NCBI GenBank assembly: GCA_020137815.1
Contig: CM035359.1
Location: 3,348,001-3,412,000 of the forward strand
DNA length: 64,000 nucleotides
Source of the DNA: Hormiphora californensis
Taxonomy: Eukaryota > Animalia > Ctenophora
Direction of reading: 5' to 3'
The position numbers were made by a program, and so were the translations under genes. Each line of letters starts with the position of its first letter. Position 1 is the first letter of the stretch. Shown piece by piece: positions 12,555-48,955 of this stretch. Below the pieces are notes generated by a model. It saw only the letters and a list, made by a program, of their open reading frames with translations. It had not been told where the DNA came from and did no database searches.

Positions 12555-14829
12555 GGAGAGAGAGATAGAGAGATTCTTTGGGTACAGGCTGTACCGTACA
12601 GCCAATGCTAGCTAACTAAATCACACTACAGACACCCACACGTTGTGTCTGTGTGTAGGGCGAGATACACAATATAACAAACAATATATTCGAACAATCT
12701 ACCATTAGATTGTATATATTAGAACAATCTACCAATATACAAGAATGGGAGAGTGAATAGTGGTATGAGAATAACCGATATTTATGAGGGGGTAGGAGAA
12801 GGTAGGGCAAATTATAGGGAGATATAAGTTAGAACATTATCGATTTTTAGGGGGTAGTACAGGGTAAGGTGGGGTTGTAGAAAGAATTATTGGGGAAAAT
12901 AATTACCGATATCTTAGGCTTCACATCTGCCTGTCCGAGGTCTTTGATGGCAGGTTTCTGCTCCATCATTGTTGTTGGTTGCATCTTTACATGTTGCACT
13001 GGTCCGAGCTGAGGGGGGAGTGGGATTAGAATTATAGGAGCTGAGGGAGAGGGAATTGTTGGGACTGGGGAGAGAGGGGTGGGGTTGTCGGTTGCATCTT
13101 TACATGTTGAACTGGTCCGAGCTGAGGGGGGAGTGGGGATTAGAAGTATAGGAGCTGAGGGAATTGTTGGGACTGGGGAGAGAGGGGTGGGGTTGTCGGT
13201 TGCATCTTTACATGTTGCACTGGCCCGAGCTGAGGGGGGAGTGGGGAAAGAGGGTGGGGAGAGAGGACTAAAATAAAATGCATCCAACAATACACAGACA
13301 AGTGATCGCAGACAATTAGTGATATATATCGCACCAACTTGGGGGGGGGGGGATATTTTTCACCTGTTGGTTCAGTTGGTGAAGATGGGGAGGGGGTTGT
13401 TGTTGTTGATGGGCCTGTTGGTGAGGTGGTAACTGCTGACCCTGTAATTAATTATTTAATGTTAATTGGGAGATGTAGTTGTAACGATATATGATCCAAT
13501 ATTATTGGAAGCCCATAAATGGCAACAATCACGTATATCAATAACATGCCCAAATATGGTCATTATATCCATATTTGGACACACACTAGTTACCTGAGGT
13601 GGTTTCTGGTGTAACTGTTGTTGGGGAATGATATGTCTCTGTTGGAGCTGATGTGGGTTCTGTTGTTGTTGAGCTTGGAGATGGGGTTGCTGCTGAGGGT
13701 TTCCTGCTTGTGATAAATGAGGTTGTTGAGGATTTCCCGGGGGTTGTAAATGAGGTTGTTGGGGATTCCCCGGGGCTTGTAAATGAGGTTGTTGAGGATT
13801 TCCCGGGGCTTGCAAATGAGGTTGTTGGGGATTTCCCGGGGCTTGTAAATGAGGTTGTTGAGGATTGCCTTGTTGCTGGAGGTGAGGTTGTGGTAGATGG
13901 GGTTGTTGTTGTTGTTGTTGTTGTTGAGGATTTCCTGGGATGCCCCCTGGATAATAACCTGGGGGGAAAATAATTGGTAAAAACTATGATATCTCTCTAT
14001 CTATCTCACTTTCTTTCTATATAATGTCTCTCTCTCTCTCTCTCCCTCTCTCTCCCTAGTTAAAGTAACGATCTTACCTGGGTGGTGCTGTTGATACTGT
14101 TGAGGGGTCTGTTGCTGTTGGGCTTGTTGCTGTTCCGGGTGGTGGACGTTATAGTACCCTCCCTAAATGAGAGTATAATTAGTACAGTTATGTGTTAACT
14201 AATTATTGTATTGTACTTCTGCAATACAGTACAATCATTAGTACAGTGGGTTAATAACAGTAATGAAGGGTGTGAACAGGGCAAGAGTGGCCAAAATCCC
14301 CCCAAGCTCCGCTGGATCCACCAGCCCTAGGGTATGGGCGGGCAGTGGTCACACATTACTGTGTGCAGAATGGAACACGAATTTTCAACACCACAGGCGC
14401 CGAAAAAAACGGTCTAAGAAGTAAAGAAACGCAAAAAATAAGGGGCACAGTAAAAGAAGGAGGTACGAACATTAGGGATTCACAGTCGCTGAAGTTGTTT
14501 TGTTAGGCGTGGTTTCAATGACAACTTTTTTATTTGATTCTTCCCCTCTCTCTCTATCTATCTTTCGTTGTTTTCCGGCTCTGAACATCTCTCTCTCTCT
14601 CTCTCTTTGCTCTTTCTCTCTAGTTTCTCTTTCTCTCGCATGTCTCTTTTTCTTTCTCTCTCTTTTTCCCTCTAAATCTAAATTGTCCTTTTTTTTAATC
14701 AAACCCCACTGTCCCTTACAATAATTCTAAAGACGAAAGAAATTAAAATGTAAATTTCAATGTATCAAATTTACGCTCGAAACTAAACCAAATCTTACAT
14801 CAGCAAAAAAGAGACACCCGTGCAGACAC

Positions 14830-14900
<71 letters not shown>

Positions 14901-15081
14901 AGAGAGAGAGGGAGAGAGAGAGAGAGAAAGCACAAACACAAATACACTTGACTGGTTCACACGATGCCACGTGACTCAAATACTCCACTTTTATTGGCTG
15001 ACACAGCACCACGTGGACTGGAAGATTTGCACCGATTGGTTGAAGAGCGTGCTGTGTGGATGTATGAGTTCAATTAACATG

Positions 15082-15163
<82 letters not shown>

Positions 15164-15226
15164 GTGCGCTTCCTTGTACATTTGTGAGTGTTCCATACCT
15201 CAAATCACACCACATACATGTAGGAG

Positions 15227-15302
<76 letters not shown>

Positions 15303-16259
15303 GGGGAGGAGAAGAGAGACGTTGCAACAGGTGTAACTGTATGTATTTCTTTCTCTCACATATGCTATCTCTCTCCCCATCTTTACCTCCTTATTTGTTT
15401 CTCTCACTAACAAATCACCAGGGAAAGGATTCTAAGGAATAACTCTTTTAAATTATCTGATCAAAGATAGATTATCCGAACTATGATATTTAGCACGCAG
15501 AATTCATGAAAAGACTTCCTCTCTTTAGTGATATAGTGGGTAAAGGGTCGCCGCCGAGAAGTGTCAGAGACACAGGTAAGAGTCGTTCATTTGTTCAAGC
15601 CTTACGGTTTCACGAGGAAACTAAGAATGAATAACATGGATTATAAAAAGAACAGTGAACATTAGCATGTTATGATCATGATTCAAAGATAGGACAAGTT
15701 AAAAGCGATCAGGGGGAACTGGGAATAAGCAGCTGGGACAAGAAGAGAGAACTTAACGAAGACAGTTTAAACCACTGTTAACCGGTAATAAACATATCCC
15801 CTAATAAGGATTTAGGTCTCTCACTCACACTATACTCATACTATAGCCATGGAGAAATTTCAATTAACGGGAGAAAGAGGCATCTCGTACTATATTCAAA
15901 TGATACCATTTTCACAATTTAGTTATCAGTTTCCCGAGACACCGGATTTAAAGATAAAAGACAGAAGGTGGTGCTTGTAGCAGAGCTGAGAAGACCGAAG
16001 AAGCGACAACCGATAAGGTTTCACGTGTGCGCGCGGTGAGGCTGAGCCGCGCAAAGATCGTGCTCACAATCCCCACTTTCATAGTTTTACACATCCCGCC
16101 AAGTCCTCTCTCTTACTCTCCCTCCCCTTTCTCTATTTTCTCCTTGTCTCTGTTGAAGTGTCTTCCCTCAATCGCCCTCTCTCTCTCAACCTCGAAAGCG
16201 CATCGTATGCAAAAGGAGAGATGAATAGACAGATACATAAATCGAGAGGGAGAGAAAAA

Positions 16260-16341
<82 letters not shown>

Positions 16342-16650
16342 GAGAGAGAATGGGAGCAAGAAGGGAGAGCAAAAAGATAATAATCCATCCGTTGCTGTTA
16401 GAGAGAAAGAGAGAGGGAGAAAGAGAGAGAAAGAAAGAACTAAAGAGAGAGAAAGATATAGATAGAGAGAGAGGGGGGAGAGAGAGAGTGAGGGGATTAA
16501 AAAGACAACTAGCAGGAGAGACGGAGAGAGAGCACCTCTGTTACGTCAGACGTACACATACGTATAATTCTCTCTCTCTCCATCTCCCTCTAAGGGCCGG
16601 AAACTTACAGCAACAGCTAATAATTGAAGCAGACGATTGGTCCAGAGGAC

Positions 16651-16717
<67 letters not shown>

Positions 16718-16731
16718 GAGGAGAGAGAGGG

Positions 16732-16770
<39 letters not shown>

Positions 16771-19615
16771 GTGTATGCATGTAGTATTAACTACACACAC
16801 ACACACATACACACACACATAAGATAGGACAGAGAGAGGGTATATGCCACTACTCTATTATTACACTGAAGAGACAAATGAACGCTAGTGCTTATATTAC
16901 AAGATAACTACCTTAAAGTAAAACATATAGAAGTAAAACTTAAGAAGTAAAATAAGAAGTTAAGAATGGGATAACTAAAACCCACGTGTAACAAAATTAG
17001 GACTAATTTTGGACAACAGAGAAGAGTCAAAGAGTTAACCACGGGACTCTGTTTTTCTTTGTTTGTTTTAGAATTAACAAATCTAGACTCCAAAGGGGGG
17101 GGGGGCCTGCCGCAAGAATCTCATGCCTCATTGGTGATTTTCAGGGTAGCTGGGATTTTTGAGATTTTCGATTTTTGGCTAAAAAACGTGGGATTTTTGA
17201 GATTTTTGAGGCAAATTTGCGATTTTTCGGGGAAAACCCCGCAAATTTTTCTCAAAAATCTCATAGAAAGGAAAATTTCCATTTGAAAATTTGGAATAGA
17301 AACAATCCTTGTGTTTTTCTACCAAAAATCAAAATTCTGGATAGAAATTTTCCTTGTGTTCTAGTACAAAAGTTAATGTGAAGCTAAAACATGAAATCTG
17401 CCTATTTAAATTACTAAACTGCTATTATGATTCAGTTTTAAGCTAAAACATATGTCGAAAAACTGAGTATTTGGCAGCCAAAATTGTGCCAATTTAACAC
17501 AAAAATCTCAAAAATCTCAAACGTAATTGAGCAAATTTTCCCAAAAATCTCAAAAATCTCATCGGCCGAAAAGAGGGTAGCTGAGATTTTTGCGGCAGGC
17601 CCCCCCCCTCCAAATCAATATGTACTCTAGCCAGACCCAATGACAGTCCCCCTATTCGGGGGGGGGGGGGGGGGATAAGGTCAGGGCGGGTTTGGCTTTT
17701 TTGACCCTAATTATTTAGGTAAAAAAGCGGCCCAAAAAACGCCAAAAAGGGCCAAAAAAGTCAGATTTATTGTACCTGGAAGTTGTTTGGCACCATGAAC
17801 GCCTCAGGCGGGAAGTCCTTAGTTTTAGAGTGCATTTGTGGAGGAGGTTTCTTCTGTTTGTTGCTTAGAATCCTCTGATGTAGACTCTGTGGAGGGGAGA
17901 GGGAGTTAGTCTATATTGATCATTTTGATACAAGGGGAGAGGGAGTTAGTTTATATTGATCATTTTGATACAAGCCCTAGTAAACGCGAGAGAGAGTGAG
18001 AGAGATGGAGAGGGGATGGGGAGGAGAACGATAGATGCAACAGGTGTAACTGTATGTATTTCTTTCTCGCACATACGCTATCTCTCTCGAGAGCTCTCTC
18101 TCCCCATCTTTACCTCCGTATTTGTTTCTCTCACTAACAAATTACCAGGAGGAACGATTCTAAAGAAGAAATATTTTAAATTATCGGATCAGAGAAAGAG
18201 TTAATTCATACTGTTCATTTTGATACAAGGGGAGAGGGTACTGGGTAGCATGAACCTTTTCGAGGTATCAAATATTATGATGACGTCATCAAATACAGTA
18301 TGGGGAAATGACGTCATCTCACACAAATACAGTATGGGGAAATGACGTCATCTCACATAAATACAGTATGGGGAAATGACGTCATCTCACACAAATACAG
18401 TATGGGGAAATGACGTCATCTCACACAAATACAGTATGGGGAAATGACGTCATCTCACACAAATACAGTATGGGGAAATAACATCATCTCACACAAATAC
18501 AGTATGGTGAAATGACGTCATCTCACACAAATACAGTATGGGGAAATGACGTCATCTCACACAAATACAGTATGGGGAAATGATATCATCTCACACAAAT
18601 ACAGTATGGGGAAATGACGTCATCTCACACAAATACAGTATGGGGAAATGACGTCATCTCACACAAATACAGTATGGGGAAATGACGTCATCTCACACAA
18701 ATACAGTATGGGGAAATGACGTCATCTCACACAAATACAGTATGGGGAAATGACGTCATCTCACACAAATACAGTATGGGGAAATGACGTCATCTCACAC
18801 AAATACAGTATGGGGAAATGACGTCATCTCACACAAATACAGTATGGGGAAATGACGTCATCTCACACAAATACAGTATGGGGAAATGACGTCATCTCAC
18901 ACAAATACAGTATGGGGAAATGACGTCATCTCACACAAATACAGTATGGGGAAATGACGTCATCTCACACAAATACAGTATGGGGAAATGACGTCATCTC
19001 ACACAAATACAGTATGGGGAAATGACGTCATCTCACACAAATACAGTATGGGGAAATGACGTCATCTCACACAAATACAGTATGGGGAAATGACGTCATC
19101 TCACACAAATACAGTATGGGGAAATGACGTCATCTCACACAAATACAGTATGGGAAAATGACGTCATCTCACACAAATACAGTGTCGGGAAATGACGTCA
19201 TCTCACACAAATACAGTATGGGGAAATGACGTCATCTCACACAAATACAGTATGGGGAAATGACGTCATCTCACACAAATACAGTATGGGGAAATGACGT
19301 CATCTCACACAAATACAGTATGGGGAAATGACATCATCTCATACAAGTTTGTAATTGTGATGATAATGAATCGTCTATAATTTGTTTAGCTTGTATTGAG
19401 AGGGCCACCGAGAATCGAGATGTCAAGATTGTGTGAAATTCAGGGGTAAAAGAGATAACAATTACCTTTTATTTCACTGTCATTTTCAATCTGACATGAT
19501 TTATTGACTGACATCATTGACAGCTGAGATCGAATGATCTCAACTCCAAATATGATGTGGTGAGGTAAACAGTGTTCCTTGCATGGAGGTGCGAGATGAA
19601 GAGAGAGATAGAGAG

Positions 19616-19652
<37 letters not shown>

Positions 19653-20545
19653 TAGGGAGAGAGAGAGAGAAAGATGGATATGTCTTTCTAGCATATACGA
19701 CATACATAGGCGAAGAAAATAGTAAGGGATAATAAACTAATAAACTCACTTTACTAGAGGAAAAAGATCAGCCCGGGGCTGATAACGCTATAATTCAGTC
19801 TTAAACTTACTCAATCTTAATAACTTTGCGGTGGAGGGAAACTCACCTTACTCTGATCTTCCTCAAGTCTAACTTGCTTGTTCTCGTACTTTTCATATCT
19901 GGAGAGATGGGTTATTATATTAGTAACGAGGTCGCAACCAGACATTTTAGGGGGCGGCTAAACAAGCTACAATTTGCTGGAACTTTCCCAACTATTTTGG
20001 GATAGAAAGTGTTATGTTTCTTTCTCAGTTTCACTTTCTCTTTCTCTTTCTGTTTCACTTTCTCTTTCTGTTTTACTTTCACTTTCTCTTTCTGTTTTAC
20101 TTTCTCTTTCTCTTTCTCTTTCTCTTTCTCTTTCTCTTTCTCTTTCTCTTTCTCTTTCTCTTTCTCTTTCTCTTTCTCTTTCTCTTTCTCTTTCTCTTTC
20201 TCTTTCTCTTTCTCTTTCTCTTTCTCTTTCTCTTTCTGTTTTACTTTCACTTTCTCTTTCTGTTTTACTTTCTCTTTCTCTTTCTGTTTCACTTTCTCTT
20301 TCTGCTTTACTTTCACTTTCGTCTTTTCATTCTCCCTTTTTCTTAAAATTTCACGCCGTCATTTGATTTGGTATCAGTGACGATTGTCACATTGTGTAGT
20401 ACAGTCAGTATTTCTAGCACTGTGTAATCACTGTCTGTCCGTCACTGATTTTACAGACAAACATACATCTTAGGCATAGGTACAAATCTCATGTCACGTT
20501 AGTTTCCGGTAGGGTAAGAAAGTGAGAGACGCATAATTAAAAGGA

Positions 20546-20625
<80 letters not shown>

Positions 20626-21056
20626 TCGAGAGGGAGAGAACTATAGATAGGGTAAGTTTTAAGTTTTAGTCGTGTACAATTGACATCGGATAGAAATACC
20701 CAAAAAATAAAATAGAAAACCGGGAGTAGTAACCGGGAGTAAGACAAATAAATTATCTTCTATTTGCTATATTCTGTTTTTCTACTGTGACTGTTAGTCT
20801 TCTAAGTGTGCCCGAAACAATGTTAAATAAAAGCAGGAACCAAACGAATCAGGAAATACTGGTCCCTGATTGGCTGATAACCAGTCACATGACCTAAATA
20901 ACGAGTTGTTTGTTTACGATTGGTTGTTTACTTGTTTCGGTCGGTTCCTGGTTAAAAGTTACATTACCTGAGTCTAGATTCAAGATGCTGCGGTTGAAGG
21001 TACTCTCTGAAGTGACTATCTAGGGGAGATTCCACAGCTGGGGCACTTTTCATCAT
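7721..21056 (-). CDS. Mastermind-like (MAML) Gln/Pro-rich transcriptional co-activator candidate, ~870-910 aa, 18 coding exons
   Basis: Exons 21056-20968, 19898-19847, 17886-17776, 14162-14078, 13958-13594, 13441-13364, 13008-12907, 11963-11834, 11758-11601, 11229-10986, 10525-10418, 10207-10112, 9972-9851, 9714-9595 (or 9490), 9069-8878, 8669-8510, 8321-8248, 8059-7721. All junctions are GT-AG with matching phase. N-terminal QHLESRLRYEKYENKQVRLEEDQSKSLHQRILSNKQKK resembles the Mastermind helix; central acidic patch EDVNGDDLDDIF, polyQ, and C-terminal acidic ELDILDSNLSNEEIDRLLE. Gene structure is more certain than family identity. Confidence 0.72.
17095..17607. mobile_element. Non-autonomous TIR element with G-run termini
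   Basis: GGG..GCCTGCCGCAAGAATCTCA / TGAGATTTTTGCGGCAGGC..CCC, with direct repeat CTCCAAA on both flanks. Confidence 0.75.
18280..19345. repeat. 34-bp minisatellite, ~31 copies, each with ATGACGTCAT
   Basis: Unit TGGGGAAATGACGTCATCTCACACAAATACAGTA, highly homogeneous, no spacers. Confidence 0.95.
20030..20320. repeat. (TTTCTC)n microsatellite
   Basis: Visible directly in the sequence. Confidence 0.9.
20834..20950. mobile_element. hAT-type MITE (family B)
   Basis: Same body as 7177-7285 in the opposite orientation, 17 bp from a donor site of the Mastermind-like gene. Confidence 0.8.
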
Positions 21057-21558
21057 GTTTAACCTGCCATTAACCTATAATAAGATTTTATAAGTTATTT
21101 TCTAGCTCTCCATTTGTTTGGTGGGGCATGGAGAAAGAGGGTCGAACAAGGTAAGATGTTGCGATTTAAATCATCTTGTGGACGGTAAGGGTTGCCTAGC
21201 TCGACCCCCTTTTCGCGAGGAAAGTTAGAACAAGGTAAGAGAGGGTTGACTGTCGAACAAGATAGCAGTAAGACTTATTTACTAATTTATTGTTTGGATA
21301 ACGAAGATGATTTAAACTCAAATTGACGCTACGAAACGGCGTACTTGGTAACACGAACTCGAGTGCTGTAATTTGGTAGTAAGTTTAAACTTTGGAAGGG
21401 CTCTTGTGGTCATGTTTCTGACAGTTATTCAGGTCACGTAATCGCTATTGAACTATGGATCGATAAAGGCCGACAAATCAGGTATCGAGGCCGCTAATTA
21501 GGAATTCATATCGCGAAACGACATGTGATTCGAGAGGATTAGTGATATTTACCATATA

Positions 21559-21724
21559 CAGTCGGACCCCGATTTACCGGGCCCTGATTTACCGGAACCT
21601 CGATTTACCGGGAGGGTAAACCGATATAGAAAAGTAACGGTATTTGACCCAGATATACCGGGCACACCGATTAACCGGGCAAAACACTTTCCCCCGAGCA
21701 TCCCGGTAAATCGGGGTCCGACTG
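21559..21724. mobile_element. Family A MITE
   Basis: CAGTCGGACCCCGATTTACCGGG TIRs with TA on both sides. Confidence 0.85.
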
Positions 21725-22542
21725 TAATGTGTTTTCCTGATTCCTATTATCTTTACAGCTACGGCATTTGCACTTGCACTAACAAGAGTTACTTGAATAT
21801 CCAGTTCCTGAATACCCAGTACCTGAATACCCTTCATTGGTACTTTCAAGAGATCCAGTAAATTCAGACGGTCACTTTCGGTTAGGTTTTTATTTCAAGT
21901 GCTTTATCAAGGGTAAACAATTACGGTAATTGTTTAACCTTGATAATTGAATTGGTAATTGAATTGGTAATTGAATTGGTAATTGAATTACCAAAGGGAT
22001 CAGTGATGCCAATCGGTGTTGGGGTTAGTGAATTTTCAAGAAAAAGGAAAGATCATACATATGAAATACAGTCTCCCTTGCCAGGTTAGACTGTTTTTTC
22101 GCGTACAAAACAAAGTCTCCCCTGAATATTATTCTGCTAGCTGCTTAAATAGTTAAGTGAGTTCTTCCCCGGAGAGTGGTGGAGTTGTCAATTGTCGAAT
22201 CATTTTCAATGCCTTCTGAGAGGTCCTTGGAAACTGTTACGTAAAAGCGATTTCCGCGATAAATACCATTCATTGAATGGGTGGGGGTGCATGTCAAGTG
22301 ACAATAACGCCTTTTCCAATCTTTCAAAGTACCACTTGAATGTGCATCATAGAAATACGCTTCCAATGAAAATCATATCCTGTGCCCAGACCTCTTTTAC
22401 AAATGTAAAGGAGGGTTCGAACATAACAGCAGTTTCGTTGAGAGTGAGGTACGGAATATACGATTTCCAATAGGTGAGTCAACAAGTTGTTGGTAAGGCG
22501 GGATTCACAGGGTGTTTGTTCAGAGTCAAGAACCCATGATCT

Positions 22543-22791
22543 GAGGGGCCTCGGAAATGTTCAAGTCATGCACATTCAAGTCACGCCCACCAATCACAGT
22601 GCAGAACAGCTATTGTGATCTTATAGATGGTGGCGGGGGTGATATAACATCGTCATGATTTACAGAACCTCCTCTACTAACATGTTAAAGTTGCAGCCTT
22701 CTTGATGGTGGGAGGGGTAGGTGAGGAGGCTGCATTGGGACTATTATCTACTGCACGTGTTGTAGCACTACTTGCATTTCCGAGGCCCCTC
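22543..22791. mobile_element. AT-TSD MITE (family C), degenerate
   Basis: Termini GAGG(G/C)(G/C)CCTCGGAAATG match the copies at 63253 and 63481. Confidence 0.7.
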
Positions 22792-23234
22792 ATAACAGAA
22801 ATAATAAGGGGAGCTGTTATAGGTAGTGGTGGTGAAAACAGCCACCGTAGATTCACAGGAGATTAGCTTATATGGGAATCCGGCTTGTAACATTTCAAAG
22901 CTTCGTCCTACCTCATTCTTCACAATGAAAACTAACTTGTCGACAATATGTTTTGGTTACTGATCACATTTACCACATTCACTCTCTTCATTCTTCAGGT
23001 TCCCTGCGTCTGGAAAGGTGTTCACTTTTTGACGCAGTATGGGAACTGGGAAGAGAGATGACCTCTCTTCCCAGTTCCCATACCTCTCAGAGGTCCTCAG
23101 TCCGCTCAAACGAACACTCGTAGCCTGCACTCGATTAAATGCAATGTAAATTATGCATTTAGTATAGTATACCACTCAATAATTTTCGATCACACGGTTG
23201 TGCCGGCAGACGGCAGCCGTCTGCAAACCGTGAG

Positions 23235-24385
23235 GATTTACAGATTTACAAGATTTACAAATAAGTTTCAGTTACAATACACTATCATAACAACGCACTC
23301 AGCAAAAGCATCCGCGTGGGCATTGATGTGGCATGGAAAGGTGAAGGAGTGAGGTGAGGGATGAAACCTAACTACCTTCCGTGAGTAGGGCCACAAGAGA
23401 GTTGTCCCGGGGGCTGGAGTATCCTCTTACTGGTGGTAGATCAGGGATAGTCGCAAGGAACTCCCCAAGCTTAATCTTCACGATCTCGACAGATTTGGCA
23501 AGTCGAACTTCAGCGGGCATTCTGTTAAATAACTGTGCTGCCCGGATACCAAATGAAGATTCACGTAGAGTCTGGACGGATTTCTGTGCTGGATTAATCA
23601 TCCGTGGTATCCTAGCTTTTGGCCCGTGACGAAGATGGTCGTAGAAGGATATCCCGGTACTGTTCGGTGCTAGTCCAACGTATACTTTCCACAAGTGGAT
23701 TATCATGTATCTCTCGCGTCTCCGTTGAAGAGATAAAATTCCCAGCTGTGTCAGCCTTTCCCAGTAGTTAAGGCCTTGACATTCCGCAATTCTCCTGGTA
23801 AAGAATCTCTGTATAGTTTCGATCTTGATAACATCTCCGATCTTGGTTGGAGACCATAAGGGAGAACAGTATTCAAGTTTGGGTCTTAGCAGTGACTTGA
23901 GGAGAGTTACCAGTCTTCTCGGAGCGGTCTCTGAACACCCCAAGAATCCATCCTGCTAGACGTTTTGCTTCACCGGTGATGGTGTTAATGTGGGTAGACC
24001 ATGATCCATCGTTTGTCATGTTGACTCCGAGATCTCTCACACATGTAGTAGGTTCGATAGCTTCGCCTGATGGGGTGTAATACCTGTAATACTCCGAGTT
24101 GAAGGGCATCTCCCGGAGTTCTCTGGTCTTGTTGAGGGTGTAGTTTAGGACTTCAAACTTCTGCTCATGCAGCAGCATATTGTTTCTTCTCGACCATTCC
24201 GCCATCTGTTCCAGATTTTCTTGTAGGGCATCCCTGTCTTCCAATCCAGTAATTGCTTGGCGGCTTTTGGTGTCGTCCGCGAAGGTAAGCGTACCTCCAG
24301 TCGTCCGGGATGCCAAGTCACACACAATATGATGAATAGAAGGGGTCCAAGCACAGATCCCTGGATGACACTACTGGTGACACTC
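23235..24385 (-). mobile_element. Degenerate 5'-truncated CR1/L2-type LINE (RT C-terminal half)
   Basis: QGSVLGPLLF, FADDTK, VRDLGV, RPKLEYCSPLWSP and LSLQRRRER spread over frameshifted ORFs; short tandem (GATTTACA) tail at ~23235-23260. Confidence 0.88.
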
Positions 24386-24484
24386 TCGGCCCTGGAGGAT
24401 GTGGAAATTTTGGAGGCTTTTTTGTTTGAAAAACGCTACAGACCCCTTTAACGGGGCGGGGCACGATGGGACTGTAGCACATAC

Positions 24485-25034
24485 CGGAATCCGGACTTAG
24501 GACTACAGAGCCTGAAAGTTGGTCTCGATGGCCAGCAGAAAATCTTGGCAAACGTTGCTGGCCCCCGATAGCGCGGGATAAGGCAGCGCTTTTCAACAGA
24601 AAATCTTGAAAAGAAAAACTGAACTCAGCTCCGACTCAGACTTTTTTCAGATCATTTTATAAATTGAACGCGCGCGACTGCGCTGCGCTGTTGCGTGTTT
24701 TGCGCGTAATCCACCGAAAGCCGCGCATTATCGCGGTCGCGTCGTTTGAATTTTAACAGAATTTAACGCTGCCTCAGCCGATCAACTTCGCTTCACTTTT
24801 TAACTTCATCACCACTGTCGTTGGCTCCTAAGCTAACTTTATTGAAATATTTCTTGCTGTGCTTACTGCTGAATTGACTACTGAACTAAATTTTGTATCA
24901 TATCCGGTTATTCCTTTTACCATATCCAGTCTACACCGATTACACAAACTTCCCAGCAATGTTAGGGCGGTGTGATGTCTGTTGATCGGTAGTGTACGTT
25001 GTTCTTTGGACAAAGGGTCCGTTAAATACTTTAT
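24485..25034. promoter_or_regulatory. Putative bidirectional promoter between the Mastermind-like gene and TTBK
   Basis: Head-to-head genes, a CpG/GCGC-rich stretch at ~24540-24790, and a candidate non-coding first-exon donor (CCG|gtatgt, minus strand) at 24485/24484. Confidence 0.5.

Positions 25035-48955
<23,921 letters not shown>

Noticed and set aside
15300-15480. Duplicate of ~18010-18200 as a possible conserved exon
   Set aside because: No splice-compatible open frame; behaves as a dispersed repeat.
18280-19345. CRISPR-like 34-bp repeat
   Set aside because: Head-to-tail repeats without unique spacers, in a eukaryotic intron, with no cas genes.
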